Positions 1 through 9,643 of a stretch of DNA of 64,000 nt are shown here, piece by piece. Position 1 is the stretch's first letter. Each line of letters opens with the position of its first letter. The position numbers and the translations under genes were made by a program. Below the pieces are notes generated by a model. That model was not told the DNA's origin. It did not search any database and saw nothing but the letters and a program-made list of their open reading frames with translations. Origin of the DNA: an uncultured Chloroflexia bacterium (GTDB lineage: Bacteria; Chloroflexota; Anaerolineae; Anaerolineales; Villigracilaceae); the NCBI GenBank assembly GCA_963739265.1, contig CAVTZR010000005.1, positions 507,588 to 571,587 on the forward strand, read 5' to 3'.

Positions 1-1
1 G

Positions 2-1162
2 GCGCGGATCACGCCGCCGCAGATCACAGGGAATCAAAATGACTACGGGCCCGCAGGCCTGATGACGGCCAGCGCGCTGCGCTTGTCGACGGATGCGAGC
101 CGGGACATCACAGGCCTGATCGGCGGGATCAAGGACCGCATGCTGGGGATCGTCAACATCGGATCGAACAATCTCGTCCTGAAGAATGAGGACGCCGGCT
201 CGGCGGCGGCGAACCAATTCGGCTTCGACGCGAATCTGACGCTGGCCGCCAAGCAGGCCTGCATCATCTGGTATGACTACGATGCAAGCCGCTGGAGATG
301 CATAGCAAAAACGCCTGCCATAGCGCCTGGAGCGAGCACGGGGATGCCAGGTGGTCGTCTCACGCTCACGAGCGGCGCGCCAGTGACCACGGCAGACATC
401 GCGGCATCTACGAACGTCTACTACACGCCGCACATCCATGATCAGATCACGCTGTGGACTGGGGCTGCATGGCAGACGATCGAGTTCACGGAGAAGACGC
501 TGGCCCTCGGAGCGGTCACGGCTGCGCTGCCGTACGATGTATTCGGCTATCTGGCTGCCGGCGAGCTGGTTCTGGAGAAACTGGCGTGGGCGAGCGCAAC
601 TGCCAGGGCGACGGCCATCACCTTGCAGAATGGACGCTACTGCAAGACGGGCGACAAGACGCGCCTGTACCTCGGCACGTTCTACACGACGAGCACGACC
701 ACCACGGAGGATAGCGTCAGCAAGCGCTTCCTGTGGAATATGTATAACCGGCAACTCCGGCTTTTACACTACTCGACTGTAGAAAATTACTGGACCTACG
801 CGACCGCAACATGGCGGCAAGCGAACGCGAATGCTGCCAACAAAGTCCAGGTAGTGGTCGGGCTGCTGGAGGATGAGATTTCTTTGTCTCTCGTCTGTTC
901 ATGCGTCCCGTCCGGAGCGGTGGAGGGATTCGCTGCAATTAGTGAAGACGTGACCAACGCTCCGCATGCCAATGGACAGTATCAGGGTGGCGGAGATGTT
1001 GCCAACGCATGGATTCCATTCACTTCCACGCTAGACACATTCCCGAATTCTATCGGGTATCACTACTATGCGTGGGTAGAAAAAGCCTCGGGCGCGACGA
1101 TCACCTTTTACGGCTCAGGAACGAACATAGCCGGTGGCCTGAACGGTAGAGTTCTGGCGTGA
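2..1162 (+). CDS. Phage tail-fibre-like protein, 5' end cut by the window edge
   Basis: The frame is open from nt 2 (no stop before the ATG at 62) to the stop at 1160-1162. The N-terminal stretch QITGNQNDYGPAGL..LRLSTDASRDITGL..VLKNEDAGSAAANQF..WYDYDASRWR resembles the conserved N-terminus of prophage tail-fibre-like proteins. This is recalled from memory and has not been searched. Confidence 0.5.
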   Translation, partial: ARITPPQITGNQNDYGPAGLMTASALRLSTDASRDITGLIGGIKDRMLGIVNIGSNNLVLKNEDAGSAAANQFGFDANLTLAAKQACIIWYDYDASRWRCIAKTPAIAPGASTGMPGGRLTLTSGAPVTTADIAASTNVYYTPHIHDQITLWTGAAWQTIEFTEKTLALGAVTAALPYDVFGYLAAGELVLEKLAWASATARATAITLQNGRYCKTGDKTRLYLGTFYTTSTTTTEDSVSKRFLWNMYNRQLRLLHYSTVENYWTYATATWRQANANAANKVQVVVGLLEDEISLSLVCSCVPSGAVEGFAAISEDVTNAPHANGQYQGGGDVANAWIPFTSTLDTFPNSIGYHYYAWVEKASGATITFYGSGTNIAGGLNGRVLA

Positions 1163-1319
1163 AAAGGAGATGGGGGAGGCAAAGACGATGCCATGGAAAG
1201 CGCCGACCCCGCCGCCGCGGGGTCGAAGGTGCAGGGGCGGAGCGCTCGGGGCGATCCGTCTGCTAGGTCTGATCAGAGCCGGCCGCGTGCGCCGGCTCGC
1301 TTCTTATATCATAAAAGAA

Positions 1320-1346
1320 CGGCAGCCTGAGGGGGGCAGGCTGCCG
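1320..1346. terminator. 10-bp GC-rich hairpin downstream of the tail-fibre-like gene
   Basis: CGGCAGCCTG-AGGGGGG-CAGGCTGCCG. There is no U-tract on the + strand and the A/T-rich flank lies on the 5' side, so terminator function is uncertain. Confidence 0.25.
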
Positions 1347-1450
1347 CGGGCGAGCGTAAGAGCCCACCCGATCCGATTGTAGCATGGGGCATATTGATTT
1401 CAATTCCGGTTTGGCGCGATAATGAGATTGTCAAAGGAAGGGAGATTCTC

Positions 1451-1738
1451 ATGACGACGAGGGTTCAGATCGGTTGCATCAACAAGAGTGATCGCTACAA
1501 TGCACATGAACGTATCCTCAGCATTGGTGGAAAGAATGCCAATTCAACGCCGTGGAAACTCAGTCAAGCCGAGGCAATACGGGACATCGAGAACGGAAAA
1601 TTCTCGTTCTACGTGAGTCGAGCAGGTGGCGTCGTCGATGTGATTGTGGCCACCAGTCAATATGGCCACAAGTACATCAAGACCACGGCCGATGGCGAAC
1701 AACCAAACAACTTGCTCAGCCTACCTGAGTGCCCGTGA
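1451..1738 (+). CDS. DUF3892 domain protein
   Basis: ATG 1451 is preceded by AAGGAAGGGAG. The sequence IGCINKSDRYNAHERILSIGG..WKLSQAEAIRDIENGKFSFYV..KYIKTTADGEQPNNLLSLPEC matches the DUF3892 pattern as I remember it. Confidence 0.7.
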   Translation: MTTRVQIGCINKSDRYNAHERILSIGGKNANSTPWKLSQAEAIRDIENGKFSFYVSRAGGVVDVIVATSQYGHKYIKTTADGEQPNNLLSLPECP

Positions 1739-1762
1739 GATCCGCCAAAGAGGGAGGTCGAA

Positions 1763-1900
1763 ATGGCCAAAAAAAAGCCGAAGACCAGGAGAGTCTACCA
1801 GTCAGCCAAGACGGGACGCTTTGTGAGGAAATCCACGGTAAAGCGGAACCCGAGTACCACGATAACCCATGCAGTGAGAAAACGACGCCACAGCAGGTAA
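1763..1900 (+). CDS. 45-aa highly basic small protein (below the ORF-track cutoff)
   Basis: ATG 1763 sits 6 nt after AGGGAGG (1751-1757). Translation is MAKKKPKTRRVYQSAKTGRFVRKSTVKRNPSTTITHAVRKRRHSR, followed by TAA. Confidence 0.5.
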   Translation: MAKKKPKTRRVYQSAKTGRFVRKSTVKRNPSTTITHAVRKRRHSR

Positions 1901-2070
1901 GTAACTGCGTATAACCGTACCGGCTTCCATGCGCTCGATCTAAGGGTCTTCCCCTACCTGATCGTCATACAATTGCCACCCGGCTCGGTCCAGATGCTGG
2001 GTATAATAGGGTACGCTCTATAGCCGAGAATGCCAGCAGTACCATAGCCCGCGTTGGTAGAGGACAACGG

Positions 2071-2418
2071 GTGGAGAAATTCGAGAGATTCGCGGTCGAC
2101 CCAAGAGGCTACGTGGTGCTGTGCAATGACAACCAACTCAACAAGATCTACAGGAACCACCCCGAACTAACCAATTTCTGGGCCACCGTGAAAGACATGC
2201 GCGCGGCGATCGAGAACGCGTCCATGATCTTTCAGTCGACACATGGCGAACGGTTTCATGTCTACTACCTGAGCAGACCGGGACGGAATGCAGAGCTCAA
2301 AGTCGTCGTCTACTTCGACAGAGACAATGAAGGAATACTGTGCGCTGCGCAGCCTTCGGCAGCAGGACAACGAAAGCCAGGAGAGAAACTGATATGGCCA
2401 GCGACGAATACCGAATGA
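2071..2418 (+). CDS. Hypothetical 115-aa protein, upstream partner of an overlapping gene pair (possible toxin-like component)
   Basis: GTG start. Its 3' end overlaps the next ORF by 25 nt. I do not recognise a family. Confidence 0.4.
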   Translation: MEKFERFAVDPRGYVVLCNDNQLNKIYRNHPELTNFWATVKDMRAAIENASMIFQSTHGERFHVYYLSRPGRNAELKVVVYFDRDNEGILCAAQPSAAGQRKPGEKLIWPATNTE

Positions 2419-2816
2419 CACCGGACAATCTGAAGTCCAACATGTTCGATGCGGCATTCGGAAACAATCCGCACAAATTCTATGTGGTCTATGATGATCT
2501 GATGGACGAATTGGTCATCAAGGTGACCAGGCCCGACACACTCGTAGCGGAGTTCCCGATTTCCGACCGCTATTCTCTCCTTGTTGAGCCGACGACCTTC
2601 GAGGTGGTTGGACTGCAGTTGAGCGAATTCACAACTGAACACTTGCCGAAGCTAACTAGGTTGAGCCAGATCTGGACGACACGCAATCTGTCGCAATTCT
2701 TCGGCGAGTATAGGGAGATTGACTACAAGCCGCAGGAACCCAAGAGCCAACCGGCGGCAAATTCATACTTCTTTGTCAGACCAGCGAAGCTGGACAGCGT
2801 CTTAGCGGCTGCATGA
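2394..2816 (+). CDS. DUF2283-like small protein (possible antitoxin-like partner)
   Basis: ATG 2394 is preceded by AGGAGAG. The core FYVVYDDLMDELVIKVTRPDT..SLLVEPTTFEVVGLQLSEF resembles the DUF2283 'YDxExDxLxI...vvGieI' pattern. This was judged by eye. Confidence 0.4.
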   Translation: MASDEYRMTPDNLKSNMFDAAFGNNPHKFYVVYDDLMDELVIKVTRPDTLVAEFPISDRYSLLVEPTTFEVVGLQLSEFTTEHLPKLTRLSQIWTTRNLSQFFGEYREIDYKPQEPKSQPAANSYFFVRPAKLDSVLAAA

Positions 2817-2822
2817 GCGTTG

Positions 2823-3083
2823 ATGGCGGGCGTGACCGCCGACAACTGGGAGAAAATCATGGGTAGAGATATCTATTGCCTGTACAGTAGACCATCCTTC
2901 TTCGAAGGCGTGGCTAGACTTTTCGATTTCGGGAATTGGTTGAACAGATACAACTATTCGCGTTCCGAGGAAGAGGCGGACCTCAGGTCTATTGGTGCAG
3001 ACTGGCAGTTTACCGGTGAGGACCTTCAGCGGGCCTTAGAGAAGTTTGCCAAGGAATCCGTCATAGAAGACCTAGATGACTGA
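2823..3083 (+). CDS. Hypothetical 86-aa protein
   Basis: The ORF has a coding-like composition. Its stop overlaps the start of the following DUF2335 gene by 8 nt, which suggests translational coupling. Confidence 0.4.
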   Translation: MAGVTADNWEKIMGRDIYCLYSRPSFFEGVARLFDFGNWLNRYNYSRSEEEADLRSIGADWQFTGEDLQRALEKFAKESVIEDLDD

Positions 3084-3606
3084 CGAAAACTTGCCCGAGC
3101 CTGCTGAGAATACGGGGGATGACATCCAGTTGCCAAAGGAACTGGAGGACTTGGCAGAGAAGGTAGGGGGAAAGGAGATAGTATCAAGAGTACACGCGTA
3201 TTTCGAGAACTACTCGGGCCCTCTTCCCCATCCTAAAGCGTTCGCACAATATAGGGCTGTAATGCACGACGCCCCAGAACAAATCTTCGGCATGGCAGAA
3301 CGACAGCAGGAGCACCGGTTCGGTCTAGAGGATGCGGTCATAAACAGCGACATTCGTCGAGCCGATACGGGCTTGTGGCTCGGATTTGCCCTGTTTCTCA
3401 CATTTGGCATCGGCGCCATCATCCTGTTGGCAATGGGAAAAGACATACAAGGCTACTCCCTCCTCCTCACGAGCTTGGTTGGTGGCATAGGGAGCTTCCT
3501 GAGAGTGGGCCGCGAAAGGGCATCACAGCAGCCAGGGGGTCCAAAAAAGAGAGCCGGCAAGAAGAAACCAACGCTCACCAAATTGCCGAAGAAGACCCCT
3601 GACTAA
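3076..3606 (+). CDS. DUF2335 domain membrane protein
   Basis: YSGPLPHPKAFAQYRAVMHDAPEQIFGMAERQQEHRF, followed by two hydrophobic helices and a Lys-rich tail, fits the DUF2335 pattern. Confidence 0.65.
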   Translation: MTDENLPEPAENTGDDIQLPKELEDLAEKVGGKEIVSRVHAYFENYSGPLPHPKAFAQYRAVMHDAPEQIFGMAERQQEHRFGLEDAVINSDIRRADTGLWLGFALFLTFGIGAIILLAMGKDIQGYSLLLTSLVGGIGSFLRVGRERASQQPGGPKKRAGKKKPTLTKLPKKTPD

Positions 3607-3646
3607 CCAAATTAATATTCCAGGCCGAGATACCATAGAAAACCAG

Positions 3647-3670
3647 GGCGCCATCCAAATGGATGGCGCC
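3647..3670 (-). terminator. Perfect 10-bp hairpin, terminator-like on the minus strand
   Basis: GGCGCCATCC-AAAT-GGATGGCGCC. On the minus strand it is followed by CTGGTTTTCT. Confidence 0.4.
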
Positions 3671-3694
3671 TCGTGGTCGCTGCGGCTTCCTGAA

Positions 3695-3748
3695 TTACTC
3701 GAGGAGGGATGCCGCAGCGTGTGGTTTATGACTATCCATGTTGGACAT
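3695..3748 (-). CDS. 17-codon micro-ORF with a strong Shine-Dalgarno sequence
   Basis: The minus strand reads AAAGGAGGAGGTG-ATG, then MSNMDSHKPHAAASLLE and TAA. The hairpin at 3647-3670 follows it. Confidence 0.25.
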   Translation of the reverse strand: MSNMDSHKPHAAASLLE

Positions 3749-3939
3749 CACCTCCTCCTTTCATAGGATGGCGATTGGTTGTGATCCCCCCGAAGTGCCT
3801 GAAGTATGACATAGCTTGAATTGGATGTCAATGGGCGTATTTACGCCTCTAAGCTGGCGCTCACCCGGAAAGGTGATAGGCTTTGAGAGACTCCGCAAGC
3901 CTGCCGCTGCTATGCTGTGGGGAATCTCAAGGAGATGCA

Positions 3940-5522
3940 ATGAAACGACATCCGAACTTGCTTTGGCTGATTGTTCTCGTGCTTGGATGGCTGTTTGATT
4001 TCCTGTTCTGGAAGCAGGGGCCGGGGATCAACTTTGCCGTGTTTGCCTCACTCTGCCTGGCTGGTGGCTTTCTGCTCTTACACCTCGATCAGAAACGCGT
4101 CGCCTCCGGCAGCGCTGCCTCTCATCCTCCTCATCCTCTTTTTCGCGGTCATGACCTGCATCCGCCTGGAACCGTTGACCCTGGCGCTCTCGGGAGTGCT
4201 TACCCTGTTCCTCATGGCGGTGCTGGCTATAACATTCGCCGACGGCGATTGGCTGCGCTACACCCTGCCCGGATATATCGTCGGCTTGTCGAAGCTCGCT
4301 TGGAGCATGCTCATCCGGCCGTTGTTCTTCAACAGCGAAGTCCATAAAGAACAGCTCGAGGCCGGGCAGCCCGTCAGGCGCGTGAACGCCTGGCCCGTGC
4401 TGCGCGGCGTGGTGATCGCGATACCCGTCTTGCTGGTCTTCGGCGCCTTGTTGGCTTCGGCCGACATCGTGTTCGGCAGCCAGCTCCAGCAAATGATCCG
4501 GCTTCTCAGGCTCGAGAACCTGCCGCAATACGTCTTTCGCCTCGCCTACATCCTCGCCGCGGCGTACGCATTAGCGGGCGTCTACCTTCATGCGTCCGGC
4601 TACGGGCGGAGCGCGACGGCCGTGGACGACCAGGGACGGGCGCCATTCACATTTCTGGGCTTTGTAGAGGCCGCGATCGTGCTGGGTAGTGTGGTCATCC
4701 TGTTCGCCGCGTTCGTGGTCGTTCAGTTCCAGTATTTCTTCGGCGGGCAGGTCAATATTGGCGTGGAGGGTTATACCTATTCAGAGTATGCCCGGCGCGG
4801 CTTCGGTGAACTGCTGGTCGTGGCCTTCTTTAGTCTGCTTATGATCCTCGGCTTCGAGCGCGGTTACCCGCCGTGAGAATGAAACGCAGCGCAGGCTTTT
4901 CTCCGGTCTGGGCGTTTCCATCGTCGCGCTGGTCACTGTCATGTTGGTTTCTGCCTATCAGCGGCTGGCCCTCTATGAGGCCGCCTATGGCTTTTCCCGA
5001 CTGCGGACTTACACCAACGTCCTCCTGGTCTGGATCGGCATTCTGTTGGTGGCCGTCATCGTCCTGGAGATCCTGCGCCTGGAACGAAACTTTGCCACGG
5101 CCGCAGTGATCGCGGCGATTGGATTCGGCGTCACCCTCAGTCTGTTGAACGTGGATGCCTTCATCGTCCGCCGGAATGTCGATCGGGCCATGCGCGGCGA
5201 GGCCCTCGATACTGCCTATCTGGTCTCCCTCTCAACCAACTCGGTGCCCGCCATCGCCCAGATCTATCAGACCGAATCCTACCCGATCTCGATCCACGAG
5301 GCGATGGGTGCCGTGCTTGCCTGCCGCGTTGGCCTGTTTACTCAGCTTTCGAACGGCGATTGGCGGTCGTTCAATCTTTCCAGTGCCCAGGCTGCAAGCG
5401 CAATCGCCGGTGTGAAAGCCAGTCTGGCAGGGTATCAGTACGCGGGAGGCGATTGGCCGGCCCACGTAGTCGCGCCGGGCGGCACCGGCGTGTATGAGTG
5501 TCAGGGTTCAGGCTCGTACTAA
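3940..5522 (+). CDS. DUF4153-like polytopic membrane protein, frame broken twice in this assembly
   Basis: ATG 3940 follows AAGGAG. The protein continues through three frames (3940-~4090, ~4090-~4870, ~4870-5522) with continuous membrane-protein sequence, ..SAYQRLALYEAAYGFSRLRTY.. . Confidence 0.6.
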
Positions 5523-5527
5523 CAGCA

Positions 5528-5553
5528 AAAGGTGCGCCATGCGGCGCACCTTT
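5528..5553. terminator. Bidirectional hairpin between convergent genes
   Basis: AAAGGTGCGCC-ATGC-GGCGCACCTTT. The A/T flanks on both sides are typical of a bidirectional intrinsic terminator. Confidence 0.6.
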
Positions 5554-5585
5554 AATTCCTGTCGCACCTCCGCGGGCGTCCGGTC

Positions 5586-6347
5586 CTATCGAACGATCCG
5601 CACCACGGTTCCGATCTCTGCCCAATCGAAGAGCTGCTGGGCATCGTTCACGCCAAGCACGACGCACCCGTAGGAGACCGGCGTCCCCAGTGAGTTTTCC
5701 CAGAGCCGCCCGCCACCGGGCAGAACAGGCACGGCGTGGATCCCATTCTCCAGATTGCCGACCCAGTAAATGCCCATCCAATCCGGCATCCAGAAGTTCC
5801 AGTTATCCGCGTAGGCATTTGGGAGTTTATCCAGGATCGGGAACGTGCCCGTACGTGTGGAGTTGCCCGAGCCGGTCGAGACCACGAAGCTGAAGGCCAG
5901 TTGGCCGTTCTCGTAGGCATACATTTGCTGCTGGCTGATGCTTACCAGGATGTACTTGCCTGTCGCCGGGATGCTGCCCGGATCAGGCGGCGCGGCCGTA
6001 GGTGCAGGTGTCATCGTCGCGGTCGGCGGCGGCTGTGTCGGCGAGGGAGTGATGGTGTCAGTCGGTGAGGGGGTGCTGGTGTAGGTCGGCTCCGGTGTGA
6101 AGGTCGGCGTCGCCGTCGGACTCGAGGTGGGTACCAGCGTGGGGGTGTCTGTCGTCTTGGCGATCTGGACCACCGCCCAGGAGACCGGGCTAGCCGAGGT
6201 GGGGGACGGCACCACCGCGCTGACCAGTCCGGGCGTCAGCGCATAGGCTGTGAAAGCCACCAGGATCAGGATCAATCCGCTGGTGAAGAGTGCGAACAGG
6301 AGACCTGCGGCTCTGAGATCGGAGGAGTGGCCGCTGAGGGAGCGCAT
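5586..6347 (-). CDS. L,D-transpeptidase (YkuD domain) with an N-terminal TM anchor and a Pro/Thr-rich linker
   Basis: The C-terminal domain reads ..YILVSISQQQMYAYENG..STGSG..T..G.F.. ..GIHAVP..LGTPVSYGCVVL, which contains the His and Cys catalytic signature. Confidence 0.8.
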   Translation of the reverse strand: MRSLSGHSSDLRAAGLLFALFTSGLILILVAFTAYALTPGLVSAVVPSPTSASPVSWAVVQIAKTTDTPTLVPTSSPTATPTFTPEPTYTSTPSPTDTITPSPTQPPPTATMTPAPTAAPPDPGSIPATGKYILVSISQQQMYAYENGQLAFSFVVSTGSGNSTRTGTFPILDKLPNAYADNWNFWMPDWMGIYWVGNLENGIHAVPVLPGGGRLWENSLGTPVSYGCVVLGVNDAQQLFDWAEIGTVVRIVR

Positions 6348-6428
6348 GTCTGAATCCTGCCCAGGATTCTACGGGGGAAGCAGGCGCCGCAGGATGGCGG
6401 ATTCCTTGCAGCTTGGAACCGCCGGAGA

Positions 6429-7377
6429 TCAGGCCAGCCCGACCTCTGGTTCCCGCCCATTGCCGAGTCGCAGCAGGACCACGCTTGCCAGAACCATCAG
6501 GCTTCCGATCACCTGAATCCCGGTGAATCCCCTCCTGGAAGAGTAGGAAGGCCCAGGCGGCCGTGAAGGCCGGCTCGAGGGCTCCGATGAGGTTGGCGAC
6601 AGTTGCCGGCAGGTAGCCGAGGCTCACCAAGTAGAGTCCGTAGCCCCCGATCGTCGGCCCGACTCCGAGCAGCAGCAGGATCGCCCAGCCGCCGTACGCG
6701 CTTCCCAACCACAGGAAACTCGTCAAAGGCGCCTGGCCGCCCACGGCGTTGACCCCTACGTTGAAGAGGAAAAGGAACACGATCGCGCTGCAGAAGCCGT
6801 AGAACATTGTGGTCCACGGATCGATGGATTTGTTGGCCGAAGTCTTCCCGACCATGTTGTAGCACGCGAAGAAGAATCCGGTGAGGAGCCCCGTGATGAT
6901 CCCGGCCGCGTGCACCTGCCAGGCAGCCGGGTCGGCTGCGCCCGAAACGAGCAGCGTTCCCAGCAGGCTCAGGCCGATCGAGACCAGCTTGATGCCGTTG
7001 ATCTGTTCCTTGAGCAGGTAATGGGCCAGGACTGCGGTCATCGCTGGCGAGCTGAAGGCCAGCACGGTCGCGACCGCCGCCCCGTTGAACTCCACCGAGA
7101 ATGTCCACATCGTGTTGAACAGCGACAGGGTGAGACCGTACAGGATGAAGAAAGATCTGTGACCCGCATCCAGACTGAACCGCCCGCGGCTGAACAGCGC
7201 AAAGAATACTGCCAATCCGAGGACGACAAAGAGATCCCGCCAGAAGGCGAGCACCAACGAAGGCAGCTGATAGGTACGACTCAGATAGCTGATAAGGATC
7301 CCGGTGAAAGATAGGGCGAGCGTCGCGCTGAGTCCAATCAGGTATCCGGTTGATAAATTCTTGGATGGCGCCGCCAT
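6429..7377 (-). CDS. EamA/DMT family transporter, one frame break at a C4 run
   Basis: It has ten hydrophobic segments. After ..AFLLFQE the true C-terminus FTGIQVIGSLMVLASVVLLRLGNGREPEVGLA* continues in another frame. The break is at the homopolymer 6529-6532. Confidence 0.75.
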
Positions 7378-7425
7378 GCATTCTCCGGAAAGACAAAGCC
7401 CTGCTTTCGCAGGGCTCTGGGCCAG

Positions 7426-7498
7426 TGCCCCCATGGAGATTCGAACTCCAGTTTAAGCCTTGAGAGGGCTTCGTCCTGGGCCCCTAGACGATGGGGGC
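7426..7498 (-). tRNA. tRNA-Glu: tRNA-Glu (anticodon CUC)
   Basis: A manual fold of 73 nt gives an acceptor stem GCCCCCA/TGGGGGC, a D-arm GTCT..GGAC, an anticodon stem AAGCC/GGCTT with loop CTCTCAA, a T-arm TGGAG-TTCGAAT-CTCCA and discriminator A. No CCA is encoded. Confidence 0.9.
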
Positions 7499-7583
7499 TC
7501 GTACGTTGTGCCACGAGCGGGCGAGATTGTATCATCCCGCTGGGACGGCGTCAATTCAAACGTGACGAACTTCTGCCGCGGCG

Positions 7584-8118
7584 CTAATCCACGATGAAAA
7601 CAATCAATTCCTTCGGCCCGTGCACGCCGATTGTCAGCGTCATCTCGATGTCGGCCGTGCGCGATGGGCCAGTGATCAGGACCGTAGCCGAGGCCTCCCG
7701 AACCTCCCGCAGTTGCAGGGCTTCCTCCAGCGACCAGATGAGGTGCGCTCGGTACACGACCGCAATATGGATCTCCGGCAGCAATGACGCGCTGAGCGGC
7801 CGGCCCTGTCCTGCGGTCAGCACCAGTGAGCCGATCTGCGCGATGGCTGCCACCGCGCCTGTGAGGCCTGCGCGCACAGTTGGATCGGCGGCTCGCACCA
7901 AGCTCAAGCCGGCTGCCACCAAACGAGACTGATCCAGGCCCTCGACCTGGTCCCAGGCAAGAACCGAGTCTATTCCCGTGTTCGCGCAGTAGTGCGAGCA
8001 GAGTATCGGGCAGCGCAGCCCGCGTGACGCGCTGGGCCTTGCCGCCCAGCGTTTCCAGTTCCTGTTCGAATCGGTCGCTGAGGTCTGCCGGCGGCACTTC
8101 AGGCGCGGCGTTAGCCAC
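7584..8118 (-). CDS. lutC: Lactate utilisation protein C (LUD domain), frame broken near 7975; start uncertain
   Basis: GLTGAVAAIAQIGSLVL..SLLPEIHIAVV..VLITGPSRTADIEMTLTIGVHGPKEL is the LUD-domain signature. A candidate GTG start at 8118 follows GGAAG. No stop separates it from lutB in the sequence as given. Confidence 0.65.
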
Positions 8119-9596
8119 GTCTTTGCTTCCAGCTGAACGTGGGCCCGCATTTGCATCCTGTGCCTGTGAGACCTCGGGTCGAAACCTCGACCGGAAGGGT
8201 CTGACTGCCGGACGCGGGAAATCCTTGCTAAGGCCCCAGCCGGTAGCTGCCGGCAGCCTCATCCACTCTGCGAACGGCGAGATGATTCTGGCGCCGATGC
8301 CGGCCAGGCTTTGCGCGGCCTCGAACAGCCGCGGCGATGAGGCAATGACTCCGTAGGCTCGCAGCCCAATGGCCGAGGGGCTCGAGAGACCGATGGCCTC
8401 TTTGCTCGCCGTTGGCTTCTCTGGCCCTGCGCGCACATCGGTCAAGAGCCTAGGGAGGTCGATGTCCACCGGACAGGCATCCTTGCATGCTCCACAAAGT
8501 GACGAGGCTTGCGCCAGGTGTCCAAACCGCTCTAGCCCCAACAGTCCCGGTGAGACGACAGAGCCGATCGGACCCGGATAGGGTGCGATCTTTCCGTCCG
8601 CACCGATGTAGGCGTGACCGCCGATCTCACGGAAGACCGGGCAGGCGTTCAGGCAAGCTCCGCAGCGAATGCAGTACAGCGATTCCTGGAGCCGCGAGTT
8701 TCGGATCCGCGAACGGCCGTTGTCGACGATGATCAAGTGCCGCTGGAGCGCACCATCGACCTCGTCGGGCGGCGCGGCGAGTGGAGCAGCTGGGTGTAGA
8801 CCGTGAGCTTTTGTGCGGTCGCCGACCGAGGTAGCAGCGACAGCATGAGGGCCAGGTCATCCAGGGTTGGCACCAGGCGTTCCATGCCCATCAGAGCGAT
8901 ATGCACTGGCGGGACGGTGGTCACCATCCGCCCGTTGCCCTCATTGGTCACGATGCAGAGCGTGCCGGTCTCGGCGACTCCGAAGTTAACGCCGGAGATG
9001 CCCACGTCCGCGGTGAGGAACACCTCCCGCAGAAGTTTGCGGGCGGCCGAGGTCAACACGGAGATGTCGTCCGTGAATGGGATGCCCAGCTTTTCCTGGA
9101 AGAGTTGGCCGACCTCGTGCCGACGAAGATGTACGGCGGGCGTGATAATGTGGGCCGGCTTCTCGCCGCGCAGCTGCACAATGTATTCGCCGAGGTCGGT
9201 CTCGACCACGCGAGCTCCCTCGCGCTCGAGCGCGTGGTTCAGCTCGATCTCCTCCGAGACCATCGACTTGGATTTCGCGACGAGCTTGCCGGCCGCCGAT
9301 GTCCCCGCGATCTGCAGCACCAGATTCACCGCCTCATCTGCATCCGCGGCTCGATGAACGATCAGCCCGTTCTTCGCAGCCTTCGCGGAAAAGGTCTGCA
9401 GATACTCGTCCAGGCGGGCAATGACTTCTGCCCGCACCGCGTGCGCTCTCTGGCGCCTCGCGCGCCAATCGGGTAGGGAGGCGAGGGCGTTCAGACGGCC
9501 CTGTACTCGCCGCCTTGCGTTTCCATCCAATGCCGCCTGCAGGGCCTGGTCAGCGATGGATACGCGGATCCGTTCTCGGAATCGATTGAGGGCCAT
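8111..9596 (-). CDS. lutB: Lactate utilisation iron-sulfur protein LutB, frame broken near 8767; 3' end uncertain
   Basis: An N-terminal LUD domain (..GISGVNFGVAETGTLCIVTNEGNGR..) is followed by two ferredoxin motifs, CIRCGACLNACP and CGACKDACP. The DNGRS junction needs a 1-nt correction. Confidence 0.75.
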
Positions 9597-9643
9597 CTAT
9601 CGATTTTCCAATTGGGCTTGTGTGCTTGTTGCGCGGGGCCGCG

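Noticed and set aside
7453-7583. The 3' tail of the 427-aa minus-strand ORF, which overlaps tRNA-Glu
   Set aside because: It is read-through in the wrong frame after the lutC frameshift. The LutC sequence ends at 7584 in another frame, and the tail overlaps a well-folded tRNA.
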